Assembly: GCF_006345805.1 (NCBI RefSeq)
Contig: NC_043012.1
Coordinates: forward strand, 47,802,001 to 47,866,000
Length of the DNA: 64,000 bases
Source of the DNA: Octopus sinensis
Lineage: Eukaryota
Direction of reading: 5' to 3'
Shown here piece after piece: positions 39,300-52,430 of the stretch; the first letter of the stretch is position 1, and each line of letters starts with the position of its first letter. Made by a program: the position numbers and the translations under genes. The notes under the pieces were generated by a model, which worked only from the letters and a program-made list of their open reading frames with translations, had not been told where the DNA came from and searched no databases.

Positions 39300-40136
39300 C
39301 TGTCAATGTAATATGTAACAATTATTCGGTAGCCATGATAAAACTCCGAGTTTCGGATGTCGGGGTGAAAACCCACGCCGGCATCGCTTCAGGTTATCGA
39401 GCCATCAAAAAAAAAATGCTATGAAAATAACTGTTAAACAAAGGGAAATTACTGTGTGATTGACCGTTATTAAGACAAAAGAGCTATTAGAATGACCGCC
39501 AAGTAAGGGTAGGAAGTAAAAGTAAGGGAGTGGAAATGTTCATAGCAATCGCGTAAGCGCACCTGTACATAAATACACATGCGCGCCCGCACACCCTTGT
39601 ACATGTGCCTACACATTTTTGTGTATTTTGCATTTAGCCCTGTTTTTTCTTGTGCATGTGCGTAAATAGACGTGTGTATGACGAACTCTAAATTCCACAG
39701 GTACAACCTTAAATCTGACACCACTCTGCCAGGCTAAAAATATACATTTTTCATCAATTTTAAACCTCTATAACTTTTTTCTCCATTTCTCTTTCTTCCC
39801 AACATCATACCTTGAAAGTGATGATACTGGAAGGCTACATTATTATAGCCGATTTTCAGATTATTTACTTTCTTTTAAAAATGCATGAAAAAAACTAGAT
39901 CCCTCAATACTTTTATAGGAATACAGTTAGGGATATTTATATGTAAGATTACAACGAGGTAAAATGAGTGACAGAGAGAGAGAGAGAGAGAGAGAGAAGG
40001 GTAGAGGGAGAGAGAGAGAACCCGACAGATAGATAAAAAGACAGAAAGTAGATAGGCAGAGACAGAGAAAGTGAGAGAGGGAGGGATATATATATATATA
40101 TATATATATAGATATATATACATATATATATATAAT

Positions 40137-40226
<90 letters not shown>

Positions 40227-41988
40227 GAGAGAAAGAGAGAGAGAGACAAAGACAAACACAGAAGACAGTGACAGAGAGATTTTGAAGGTTAGTATTTGCA
40301 GATAGTCCGGATATTTTTGATTTTGAGGGTTCTTATGTGTGGAAAAATACCGCAGAAGTTTATTATTCTGTTTGTGAAAGTACTTCTGGTTTAGTTTGAA
40401 GTATCTGCCTTACATGGGAAAAACAACTTCAGAAGATTAGCTAGAAATAAATGATAGAATCATTTTCATAGAAATGTGGTTTTAGCAGTCAGAGTTAAAA
40501 ACTTTTCACTCTTGCTTCACCTTAGATTTAAGAATTCAATTTGCCTTAGTAATTCTAGCATTGGAGACGATTTATATAAACTTCACCAAACAATAATATT
40601 CATTTCAGAAACTCTTGTGACTCAAGATATTGATAGCTAAAACACATCAAGGCTTGCGAATCATATTTCTACACTCCGATAAAGCTTTTCGAGTTTTATG
40701 CATTCTATTATTTCTTAGCAAATTCATAAGCATTCCCTTTTAATTATGCAAGATCTCCCCCAGAGAATGACCTTGTTCGCTTTATGCTGCTCTAAATCAT
40801 TTAGTTTCGCCTACTTTGACATTTATTACGACAGGTGTCCTAGTTCGTTGACAACTACAGCATATGACCTACATTGAAGGTGCTGCTTAAGATAACCTGA
40901 TTCAGCAGCACGTGGTCTAGTTTTAAAGAAATGTACTTTAGATGACCTTGTCTGTTTTTGTTCTTTACAAATTAATGTTTTCACAGAAGCTATCGTTTCC
41001 TGTGTACAATTATTTCTCAACCTAGGTGATAACCACTATAACAGCAAAGGGAATATTTATCAGATTAAAATATTAGGATTGGTTTAGGAAACAGATAGCA
41101 GTTCAAACGTCATTTTATTTTTTCTAAGCACGAGGTTGTTGTACGCTGTTAAGGTCACACGGTATAATTACCAAAAGTTATTTCCATAATAAAAGTTCAT
41201 TGATATTTCTTCCCAACACGATGTCGTGATCTGTTAAGGTCACAGAGTGTAATTATTTATCGGTATTATGTATTTGGGACCAAGTAAAGAGTTAAAATCG
41301 TAAGAGGGGTATTCTATAGACGATACATACACATATATACATACAAACATGAATTCATATATACATATGTGTATGTGTCTGTATGTGTGTGTGTGTGTGT
41401 GTGTGCGTGCATTTGTTACTGATTTTTTTATATAATGTGTGTGTGAGGAGGAGGTGAGAGTAGAGTTATTACACCGTATGTGATGAATGCGAGTTTGTGT
41501 GAGAAAAAGTTATACTAAATTTTTAGTTATGGATGAGTAGATGAAACAAGATGGATTTGATTTCCCATAAGACCGTTTTGTATATGCGTACAAGCGACAT
41601 GAAATTCAAAAGCACAGCCTTACTTCTCACTATGTAATTAGACGCGGCTTTTTTTATCTTTATTTGTTAGTAACAAACGCACCAAACAAACTCGTTCACA
41701 CACGCACCGAACATATACAATAAACACAGATATATATGCAGCTACTGGACTCACACGCATTTATTTACTGGGTTCAGTAACCAAAATGCGGCAATGTAAG
41801 ACACAGATTTCGAGAGTTTGCTCCGATATATCCACCTGGATATTTCATTTAATCCAATCCGTTCTCATTTTACTGTTACGCGATAAACATCGAATCAGCA
41901 TAAACAAAAACACAAATACATGCACACAAATACATGCATCTATCAATCAATCAATCAATCTATATATCTATTTATTTCTCTATCTTTC

Positions 41989-42022
<34 letters not shown>

Positions 42023-42214
42023 CACATAAGAGTCTGGAGGGATATATTAACCGGGCCGATACCATATTAGCTCTCAGTTTTTTTTTTTGTTTTTTTTTTA
42101 TCTAGTTCTAGCTCACCGAGCAGTAATACACATTTGTGACTATAATTTGTTGCTGGTCACTCCGTGAAATCCTCCAGTGGGTAGTTCCGTACACGCTCCG
42201 CTGACACACACACA

Positions 42215-42470
42215 TAAATTCTATCATTTTGCTTTGCTTTGTTTTGTTTGCTCTCGGCCTGAAATTCTCCGCAAAAAGAATGTCTTTTGCGGGCGCCACC
42301 AATTGTGGTACCACCAATTGTGAAGCTCTCAGTCTTATCATTAGCAATTGTTTGATAACTCATGGAGAGATCGGTTTTGCACTCAGTATACGTTATGTAG
42401 TGTGCTTATTTACGATATATTTTGTCATATATTAAGTAATGGAACGCAACACACACCGAATTTGTATTCA
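42215..42470 (+). repeat. Decayed copy of the 43300-43585 repeat
   Basis: Aligned blocks; lacks 21 nt including the GAAA strand (deletion between two ATTA). Confidence 0.65.
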
Positions 42471-42564
42471 CAAGTAAGTTTTTCTATATTCCCGAGTGAC
42501 TCGCTCTCTTGCCTTCATACTTTCCCCTTTTATTTCTAATTTCTTCATTTCTTAACTGCCAATT

Positions 42565-42962
42565 GGGGCTACACACAGAGAGGAAAAACAAGGGCAGACA
42601 GCAGACAAACGGATTAAGTCGATTGTATCATCACCAGTGCGCAACTGGTACTTAATTTATCGACCCCGAGAGGATCACCGGCAAAGTCGACCTCGGCGGA
42701 TTTGAACTCAGAACATAAAGACAGACCAAATACATATTTCTTTACTACTCACAGAGGGCTAAACACAAAGAGGACGAACAAGGACAGACAAACGAATTAA
42801 GTCGATTATACCGACCCCAGTGCGTAACTGATACTTATTTAATCGAACCCGAAAGGATGAAAGGTAAAGTCGACCTCGGCGGATTTTTGAACTCAGAAGG
42901 TAGCGGCAGACGAAATACCGCTAAGCGTTTCGCCCGGCGTGCTAACGTTTCTGCCAGCTCGA
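42565..42962 (-). mobile_element. SINE family B dimer (unit 42735-42962 + headless unit 42565-42734)
   Basis: Same junction position as 35314/35315. Confidence 0.8.
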
Positions 42963-43299
42963 CATATTTTCCCCATTTCTTCCTCTCACCTCCTATTCTA
43001 GCGTTTCCACTTCTACCTTTTCTATTCCTAGCCTTTCTCCTTCCCCAATCCTCCCCTTTTCTTTCTGTTTGTCATTCTCTCTCACTCACTCTCTCTTGCA
43101 GTCTTTCTCCTCTGCCTGCTGCTGTCACGTGACCCACGGCCAGCTTCCCTTTCTCTTCCCTTCTTACACTCCTCCCGAGCTGACCAGTCACCAATTCTCT
43201 GTATCTCCGTCTTGCAGGACATTTTCTAAGGGTCAATCACTATTCTCGCCATCTGGGCCCTAAGACCATATTTTGCTCGACTACTCATCAGTCCAGAAT

Positions 43300-43585
43300 C
43301 ACATTCTGTGTCATTTTGTTTTGTTTTGTCTTGTTGCTCTTGGTCATGAATTCTATGCAAAAAGAATTTTTTCGGATACCACCAATTGCGAAGCTCTCAG
43401 TTTTATCATTAAGGGTGCGAAAATGTGTATTAGCAATTGGTTGATGACTGATGAAGAATAAGGGACCTTCTGTGTTTGTCTCCCGTCCGGTTTTACACTC
43501 AGTATACGTTATGTCGTATGTTTCTTTGCCAATCATATTTTTATTTATTAAGTAATGGAAAAACAAAGCCCACTGAATTTGTATA
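43300..43585 (+). mobile_element. pLTR-like repeat carrying a permuted hammerhead
   Basis: Direct repeat of 42215-42470; contains CGAAA-N25-CTGATGAAG. Confidence 0.55.
43401..43458 (+). ncRNA. Candidate non-circularly permuted hammerhead ribozyme
   Basis: UUA site 43403-05; UCAUUAA (43406-12) pairs UUGAUGA (43441-47); C-GAAA 43418-22; CUGAUGA 43448-54; stems II and III decayed. Confidence 0.5.
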
Positions 43586-43869
43586 TATATATGTATGTGT
43601 GTGTGTGTCTGTGTGTGTGTTAGTGTGTGTGTATTTGTGTGTGTATGGATCAAAACAGTTTGATTAAAATTCGTTGGTACTCTTGAGTTTCAAGCGCGAA
43701 ACGTTAACAACAAACGAGATGAGGACAAATATCTGTCAATTGTAAATAATGTAAATAATGTACATAATTCCTCATCTTTTAAATATAGAACTGTACTCCG
43801 TTTACATTTACATGTACAAATTTCCTTATTTGGGAGTAGATTGTATTTTCTTCTGAAAACACTTCAGAC

Positions 43870-44420
43870 TTTTTTACAATTGACCTTTGAACTTTTGTTC
43901 TGCAGTGTGAACTCTTGTCTCCAAATTGTTGACAACTGTAATATTTTGGTTTTTAAAAGGACAATTTCTTCTGAAATGTAGGACCCCACATCCGTAACAT
44001 GGATTAGGAACAGGCAATTTTATTTGGTTATACTTTCTCAGTTGACATATATGTATTTTTGCGAAATCCTTTGCTTGAATTTTTCTTACGTCGTATTTCA
44101 GGATCACCATCCTTTCGCACTCTTATGCAACAGTCTGGTGGGTTAAATCTTCGTTCGCTTCTTCAAGTATTGAAATAATCCCTGTTTCTTCATTTGCTGT
44201 AAGGCCTTGTACAGAAATGAGACACTTATACATCTCAAGAGTAATTCTATAAGTTTGAAACATTCACATATTCTGTTGACTGTTCCAGCTTACGTAATAA
44301 AGTCATCATCCATTTTTAGTAAAATTCCAACACTCCATTCGAGTGTTAAATAGAGAAGATTTATCACTGAACATGTCAGACAGTAATTTGATTCTGTATT
44401 AAATCTCTGAGCGAGAGGTA
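43870..44420 (-). pseudogene. LTR retrotransposon (Ty3/Gypsy-like) gag remnant
   Basis: Zinc knuckle CYGCGVLHFRRNC (43961-43999); upstream DKSSLFNTR..KCLI..QGLTA-like gag segments with frameshifts. Confidence 0.6.
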
Positions 44421-44621
44421 AACAGTAACAGTATGAGATCGTAAAATATATTTACCAACTAAATGTGGCGGTCCCATAGAAGACGATATTACTCTTGCTT
44501 TTAACCACATGAATACATATCCTCCAGTTGGCTAACGACACACTTTCTGTGTTTGATTAGTATTTACGGGGGAAGGCCATCGCTCCCATCTCTAAACTTA
44601 CGTAATACACACAGACCCTGG

Positions 44622-44917
44622 TTTCTGATTTTCAACTTTAACTCATACTGAAGCATAGCAGTGTGTATACTCATTTCAGTTTTCGAGTTTTGTGATAGGA
44701 AGTAACTGAACCACAATGCAAAACGTATTGTAATAGTACAAGCTTAATCCCATGCTGCCTACGTAGTCGGATACATGGAGCAATAATGAATAATATATAA
44801 CTGCAAAAATCTATGTTAGAAAGTACTAAAAACAAATGCCGCTCAAATAGTTATCGCTGTAATTTCGGAAATTTATCAAGAATGAGGAATTCTATATTAT
44901 CAGTCCACAGTGATATT

Positions 44918-44959
<42 letters not shown>

Positions 44960-45419
44960 CCACTTCACTTAGGGATTTCACTAAATCCAACTTAAATCAG
45001 TTGTGTATTGCTGGCAGCTAGTTCAATTAGTGAATTATTTACTGCTATACATAATTACACTCTTGAAAACAAACGGAGAAGCTGCCAAGATTTGGTATTT
45101 CCGCAAATCTGTTTTTCTTAATTTCATAGTCTCTAATTGTAGTAACTTTATATATAGTGTCTACATGAAAACGAAAAACAGAAGAGCACTGTTATAGGTA
45201 AGTATCATGCATAAGACCAAAACTAGGTGGAGGGTCCTTCTTATTCTGTACATGAATACATTGTATAAACATTTGTTTAGCTTTTCATAAATGGTTATAA
45301 CTAGCCAAGTTACTGTTATAATAAACTGATTCTGTAGTACAATTAGAGAAATAAAAATGCGTTTCAAAAGTGTATTTCAGTCATGCAAGTGAATATGGAA
45401 ATTTAGGCATGTGTGTAAG

Positions 45420-45464
<45 letters not shown>

Positions 45465-45613
45465 GGTGCCCAAGCATGGCCACAGCTCATAAGCTGAAAC
45501 TAGAATCAATCAATCAATCAATCAATCATATATATATAGCTTATACACTCGAAAACTGAAATGAGTATACACACGGCTATGCTTCAGTATGAGTAAAAGT
45601 TGAAAATCAGAAA
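44622..45613. repeat. 67-bp inverted repeat pair (44622-44688 / 45547-45613)
   Basis: 65/67 identical after reverse complement. Confidence 0.9.
45462..45527 (+). mobile_element. SINE family A-like 3' fragment with (ATCA)n tail
   Basis: GGCGGTGCCCAAGCATGGCCACAG..CTGAAAC. Confidence 0.6.
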
Positions 45614-45624
45614 AATCAAAGAAA

Positions 45625-46157
45625 AATTTACGACCAAAAGCCTTACCATACATCTCCACACACAACCCTCTCAACAATGAAGCCTTCGACACCATCCTCC
45701 AAAACATACCCCTCCTAAAATAGACCATAGAATGAACACAATCCTCCAAACACACACGATCATAAAAAGCAAGAGACAGCCTAAATCTATGAAAAGTCTC
45801 CTAACACAAGCCTTAATACGTACTTCAACACAGAAGCCGACAATAAAAAAATGTGGAAGACCCAATTGCGGGATATGCGATTATCTAATTGAGGGATCAG
45901 AGTTCTCCTTCAAACAGGGACAACGGTTTACAGTGAAAACTTCACATGTGCTTCGGAGAACCTGATATACACACTAACCTGCTCTGGGTGTCAAGAGCAG
46001 TACATAGGCCAAACAAAAAGTAGTTTGCGTAAAAGAATGGCCCAAAACACCAAGCTTCAGGATTTTCCCCCTCTACCAATTCAGGAACAATACAACCTCG
46101 AACCAACGAATAAGTAAAGAAACTATCTTTATTACAAAATACAGGCCACTTCTGAAC
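45625..46157 (+). pseudogene. Neptune-type PLE linker + GIY-YIG endonuclease remnant
   Basis: KCGRPNCGIC; FTCASENLIYTLTCSGCQEQYIGQTKSSLRKRM; FRIFPLY..R..KETIFITKYRPLLN; frameshift and internal deletion. Confidence 0.8.
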
Positions 46158-46321
46158 GGGTCTACGAAAACAAACGATATATACATGTCGGCTTTAGAAT
46201 AACACAAATACACACGCAAATATTACATTCCAAAGAATCAATTACAAATCAGACCCAATCACAGCTATAACCCATAACGTGCCAAGTTCAAGTCATACAA
46301 CACCTCACTACTTCCACTAAT

Positions 46322-46800
46322 TCATATTCTCCCTTCTCTTTCTTCTTCTTCCTCTTCTTCATCATCATCATTATCATCATCATCATCGTCATCATCATCA
46401 CCATCATCATCATCATCGTCGTCGTCGTCGTCGTCGTCTTCTTCTTCTTCTTCTTCTTCTTCTTCTTCTTCTTCTCTTCTTCTTATCCTCTTCTTCTTCT
46501 GCTCCACTTTCTACTTCTTAACTTTATCACTAATGCTTTTTAGTATAACACCTACGCAAATTCTATAAACAAACCTTTCAATAGAAATATTCTCATGAAT
46601 TGAACAGCAACTGCTAGCCGCCACTGACCATTCAAAATACGACAATCAAGGCACTCCCAAATTTCCGCCCTTCTCCTCATCATCCTTCTTCTTCTTCTTC
46701 TTCTTCTTCTTCTTCTTCTTCTTCTTCTTCTTCTTCTTCTTCTTCTTCTTCTTCTTCTTCTTCTTCTTCTTCTTCTTCTTCTTCTTCTTCTTCTTCTTCT
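46322..46800. repeat. Compound (TCA)(TCG)(TCT) tract and (TTC)n array
   Basis: Direct reading (46322-46500; 46684-46800). Confidence 0.9.
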
Positions 46801-46963
46801 TCCTTACCAAGAATTCACAACGACCTCGAACCCACACGTGTAAACAAGAGAGACAGAGAAAGGCAGAAACAAGGAAAATGCGACTTATATTTGAACACTA
46901 TACAAATATCCCTTTAAAACAACTTTTCTTTTAATTTTTCTAAATTTAATTATTTAATCGTTA

Positions 46964-47001
46964 CAGTTGAAAATGTCTCAAATTGAGCGAAACCGGTACT
47001 G
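46964..47001 (+). ncRNA. Decayed type I hammerhead in the PLE terminus
   Basis: CAG-TTGAAAA-TGTCTC aaatt GAGC-GAAA-CCGGT-A-CTG; ACCGGT palindrome intact, two core substitutions. Confidence 0.4.
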
Positions 47002-47166
47002 AAATGTTCTTTATAAAATTATTTTAGCATTTTCTATCTTGACTTGTTTTTTCATATATACAACAATTGCTTTCGTTCCAGCACACGATCTCAGATCAAG
47101 TCACTCGCTATGCAAGTACATCTCCGTAATATATATATACATGTGTATGTGCGTGTGTGTGTGCAC

Positions 47167-47218
<52 letters not shown>

Positions 47219-47554
47219 ACATATATATGTCCATATATATATTGTATATTTACATTTATTTATGTCTTTATGCCTATGGTGTGTATGTGTACACACATAC
47301 ACAAATAAACGCGCATATAACTACGAGACCAATTATAGATTTTTGTCTTGATATCTAGGATAGTACTGTCCAATGTACCATTCCTGCTTTAAACCAACTT
47401 CATGATCTGAGCAAAATTGATGCTAATTTCTAGCGTGTCGAACAAATATAAAATGCCTCCCTTGTTTGTTCAGTAAAATATATTATTTTAGCTTCTGGAG
47501 GTTTAATTAGCGAGAGTTACTTCTACTATTGAAGTCACTGGCATTTATTTTCAG

Positions 47555-47615
47555 TATAATGTCCTCTGGCAAGGCCACAAAGCCCTTTTCATTTTCGAAG
47601 CCAACAGTCGAATGT
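47555..47615 (+). CDS. Candidate exon (unassigned)
   Basis: Acceptor CATTTATTTTCAG, donor GTAAGT; frame YNVLWQGHKALFIFEANSRM (a second frame is also open). Confidence 0.3.
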
Positions 47616-47778
47616 GTAAGTACTATTGAGCTTATTCTGTCCGTCGTATTTACATGTGCAAAATATGTCGCAAATTTCTGTATACTAATAACGGTTTCTA
47701 ATGAACTTTATGAAAGAGAGTTGGAGTAGTATCACAGATGTCACCGAAAAAAAATCGACACTTAAATGTAGAATTATA

Positions 47779-47994
47779 TTGGTTTCAAGTTTTGGCACTA
47801 CGACAGCAATTTCAGGATGAAGACAAGTCGATTGTATTGGCTGCCACTGCTCGACTGGTACTTATTTTATCGATCTCGGTGCGATGAAAGATAAAGTCGA
47901 CCTAGGCGGAATTTGAACTCGAAACATAAAGACGCAGGAAATGCCACTAAGTCCTTTGCCTGCGGTGCTAACGATTTTGCAAGCTCGCCGCCTT
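47779..47994 (-). mobile_element. SINE family B, decayed
   Basis: Head AGCTCGCCGCC and central domain on the minus strand. Confidence 0.75.
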
Positions 47995-48277
47995 ATCTTT
48001 GTAAAATATACCGAAATCCATATATGTTCAAGAAAATAGCTTGTAAAAAGTATCTGTGGAAAATACTAATGACTGTTCACAGTTGCAACTCATTTCATTA
48101 TAAGTCTACTCGGTCAAGGCTAGTCTGAAACTGAGCAGCAGCAGCAGCAGCAGTAGAAACAGCAGCAGCAGTAGAAGCAGCAGCAGCAAAGGTAACCGCA
48201 GCAGCAATAACCACAACAACAACTATATATAACAATCACTGTTCTGATTTTAGATGCATCCGATTGCAAAAGATCAA

Positions 48278-48322
<45 letters not shown>

Positions 48323-48699
48323 AAGAGAGAATAATATATATTCCAGCTATATGTGTAGTGTACACATATGCATTAATATATCAACAGAAACATAACCCTC
48401 ACACATATCACATGTATGTATATATAAATAATGTATTTGTGCATGTATGCTGCAGACATGTGTGTGTATACACTTGGGTGCTTAGAGAGTTACGTAGATG
48501 AAGTAAGCAATGCAGACTGATAGATAAAGAATTAGGTAACTCATAAGAGATAAGAGTGAGGAGGGGTGAACAATGAGTAGATGAGCATGATACGAATGTG
48601 GAGAAAAGATTGATGGCCGCGGAGAAAGAGGTGGAAGGATGGTAAATAGCCAAGGAGGTGTAGGAGGAACGAATAAGAAACATATAGAGTGACCGAGAA

Positions 48700-48742
<43 letters not shown>

Positions 48743-49001
48743 TAGAGACAGGCAGAGTAGTACAGAGAAACTAAAGTAAATGATGAGATAGTTAAAATGA
48801 TATATCATGACCTACAGAGAGAGAAGAATTCATTGCCTTAGAGAGATGGGGATGAGAGAGAACTAGAGAAAGTAGAATCTCTCTATCTGTTTCTCTGTCT
48901 GTCTGTAAGTCTCTCTCTCTCTTTCTTTCACTCTATATATATGTATGTGAGTGTCTATATATATATGCTTGTATACCTACTTAGACTTATCTAGTTATCT
49001 A

Positions 49002-49119
<118 letters not shown>

Positions 49120-49129
49120 CATCTATCTC

Positions 49130-49178
<49 letters not shown>

Positions 49179-50334
49179 ATTTATCTACCTGTATACACAT
49201 ACACACATACACATTCAAATACACTTACATAAGTAACTCCATACAGACATGTATGTGAACATGTTTAAGTAAAAGAGAGCGAGAGGATCAGAGAAGTGGA
49301 AAGAGGAAATGCACAACGTAATGAATATGTAGCTATATAAATAGAAACTACCTGACAGTGAATGAATTGAAGAGAAAGTGAAAGTGAAAGTGGGAGGGAA
49401 GCTAGAGACAAAGTAGAAGAAATAGACAATTGTACTTGAGCCGAAACACAATAGACGTTGTTTCGTCATTAGCTTCAATCTTCGGAAACTATATTTCTAG
49501 AACATTAAGAGTCTTCAAATGGAGATTGATGGGACATTCGCTGAACACTAATGATGAATGCCAGACGCTAAGAAGAAGGCACAGAGCGTCGTTTGCTACG
49601 GATTAGAGCATGCACAAGAGATGGCTGCCCTTAAACCTGTTTAATCTGCCTGACAGTTGATATGTGAACCGTACAAAAAGTCTCCTCATTAGATATTCTC
49701 TCTGTTAACCAGGGCAGTCATTGAAGCAGCTTCTGTTCTCGTTGTTGCTTTTGTTTTTGCTGTCTTCATTTTTTCTCTCAATTTTGTTGTAGTTCTTGTT
49801 GTTTTCAAGTTGTTGTAGTGAAATCTTTTCTTGTTTCCTATTTATGTTTTTGCAATGACTGCTCATAATGCTGCTGCTCTTGATGTTATTCTAATAGCTA
49901 GTGTTGTTGTTGTTGTTATTGATATTGTGTCTTGTCTTCTTGTCGGTGATGTTCTAATTATTTTTGCTGTTCTTTGGCTATTTCATCCGCCGAACTTGTT
50001 TTTCTTTTGACTACTGTAGTTCCTGCTGTCGTTGTTGTTTTTGATTGTGCAACTCTTCATTTTAGTCTATTTCTCTTTGTTCTTGCTTTTTTGTTGCAGC
50101 TGGGTTCTTTTTTCTTTTCTTTCATGAAACTCAAATCACTGATGGTGATTTTTTCTTACTAATATTGCTGTTCTTCTAACAGCTATCCTTATGTTCTTTT
50201 TTCTTAATTTGTCTGTTTCTTCATACAGTTGCAGGTGTTGCACATGGTGGTACATTTTGCTGAACTTATGGCGATCGTTCATACGGGTGACTCTATTCGA
50301 TGTTTTTGACATTACTGAGTCCGAACTCCCAAGT

Positions 50335-50525
50335 TGTAAGCTAGTAGAGTCGTTAGCAATCAGGGCAAAATGCTTAACGGCATTCCGCCTTTACGTTCTG
50401 AGTTCGGCTTCCACCGATGCCGACTTCGTTTTTCATCATCGCGGAGATCGAAAAAATATGTATCAGTCAAGTACTAGGGTCGATCCAACCGACTTAACTC
50501 ACCCTTGATCTTGCAGACTTTGTGG
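50335..50525 (+). mobile_element. SINE family B, strongly decayed
   Basis: TTACGTTCTGAGTTC..GGGTCGAT..CGACTTA. Confidence 0.6.
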
Positions 50526-50721
50526 GATGATTTGAAATCAATCAGTCTAAATCCTAAGATAGCTCTGAGCAAATAAAACTATGATTACACTCATGAGCAA
50601 TTTGTCATAGTCTTCCCATTTTTCAAACATTGGAAGGAGTATTTTAAGGAGATATTACTATTCTTTTTACTGTTGTTGTCCCTGGTGTTGTTCAATGGCA
50701 CTTGGTGTCACTGATGGTATT

Positions 50722-50946
50722 TATTTCTTTACTACCCACAAGGGGCTAAACATAGAGAGGACAGACTAACGGATTAAGTCGATTACATCGACCCCAGTGC
50801 GTAACTGGTACTTAATTTATCGACCCCGAAAGGATGAAAAGCAAAGTCGACCTCGGCGAAATTTGAACTCAGAACGTAACAGCAGACGAAATACGGCTAC
50901 GCATTTCGCACGGCGTGCTAACGTTTCTGCCAGCTCGCCGCCTTAA
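50722..50946 (-). mobile_element. SINE family B, full length with 16-bp TSD
   Basis: TGTCACTGATGGTATT at 50706-50721 and 50947-50962. Confidence 0.9.
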
Positions 50947-52075
50947 TGTCACTGATGGTATTCTATGCGTCTTGTTGTTGCTACTGCAATCAATATTGCT
51001 GTTGTCTGGGTTGTTACTATAGCATTTTGACTGATGTTTGTATTGCTCTACCCGTTTTATATGTAGGTTTTGCTACGGTTGCTCCCGTTCTTACTACCAC
51101 TGCAGCTGTAGTTGTCATAGCAACAACTGAAATTTTTGCTGGTATTATTGTCTCCCATGCTTGCTGGCCTTGTGACAAAATTTGAAATCATTATTGTTCC
51201 TTTGCTTGTTTCTATTATTTCTGGTGGTGTCACTATTGCCGCAATCCTTGTTATTACCTGTGTTGGGACAGTGATTAATAACACAGCTTCTGTAGGTGTA
51301 GTAGTTGCGAGTGGTGCTTTCCACTTTGCAGACCTTAATGGTGCTGCTTTCATTGTCTCAGCACTTTCTGTTGTTGCTTTTGTTGGTGCAATCGTTGTTG
51401 CTATCATTTCGTTGTTAAATCGGTTGTTACCAAAGTTACTATTAGTAAACCAGCCATCGCTGATAAATTTCTGCTTTTGCGTCTATTCATTCAGTTGTTG
51501 CTGTTGCTGCGTCTCTGGTTGCTGTCATTTATGTTGTGCATTTTATGTTGCTGTTGTTTTCAAAAAAAGCAGTTGTCATTTGTGCAAATCCCATTGTGAT
51601 GGTCTTGTTATTCTTAACATAATTTTGGGATGCTTCGTGAATTATCTCATTTTTATCGTCAATTTTATGATGGATATTCTTGTCAATGTTGTTGTGGTTG
51701 TTGTTAACATGGTTGATGTGTGATGTGTGTGCCGACACTATTGTTGATGTTACTAGCAAGCTTGCGCTGTTGCCATTTATTTCTTTTCCATTTTTGTCTG
51801 TGCAATATCTTCTGTTGGCGTTGCTTATGCTAGTGGTGTTCTTTTGCTGCTACTGAAGCCATTATTTTATTTCTTTTTCTTTTCATAGTCTCATAATTTT
51901 CTTGTACTAAATATCATTAATGTTGATACTTCAGCTATTGTTCTCTTCTTGCTGGTGCTACTAACACCATTATCCTTGTAGATATTCCATTTTTCTTGAG
52001 AATACAATTCTTAATGTTCATGTTGCATTTGTTTTCATTGTTTCCACTCTTCTTGCAATTGTGCTGCACATCTTT

Positions 52076-52430
52076 AGGCATGGTTGTGTGGTAAGAAGTT
52101 TGCTTCCAAACCGCATGTGTCTGGGTTAAGTCCCACTGCGTGACGCCTTAAGAGAGTATCTTTTCTAATAGCCACGGGCAGACCTAGGCCTCGTGAGTGG
52201 ATTTGGTAGACGGAAACTGAAGGAAGCTCATCGTATATACGTCTGTGGCGTGAGTGTGTGCATGCGTGTGTACGTATGTGCTTTTGCATCTGCGTTTACT
52301 TCCCACCACCACTTGCCAATCGGTATTACTGTGTTTACAACCTCATAACCTAGCGGTTCAACAAAATTGAACGATAGAATAAACACCAGGCCGAAAAACA
52401 ATTAAATAAGTAATGGGATCAATACTTTCG
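52076..52430 (+). mobile_element. SINE family A, decayed
   Basis: GTGAGTGGATTTGGTAGACGGAAACTGAAGGAAG etc. Confidence 0.75.

Noticed and set aside
40300-41330. RT-like snippets (YLKQHLQCRSYAVVVN, QGHSLGE) on the minus strand
   Set aside because: Motif spacing does not fit RT domains; many stops
49730-52060. 195-aa hydrophobic ORF 51136-51723 as a membrane protein
   Set aside because: Lies in degenerate GTT/GCT/ATT trinucleotide sequence; composition explained by the repeat
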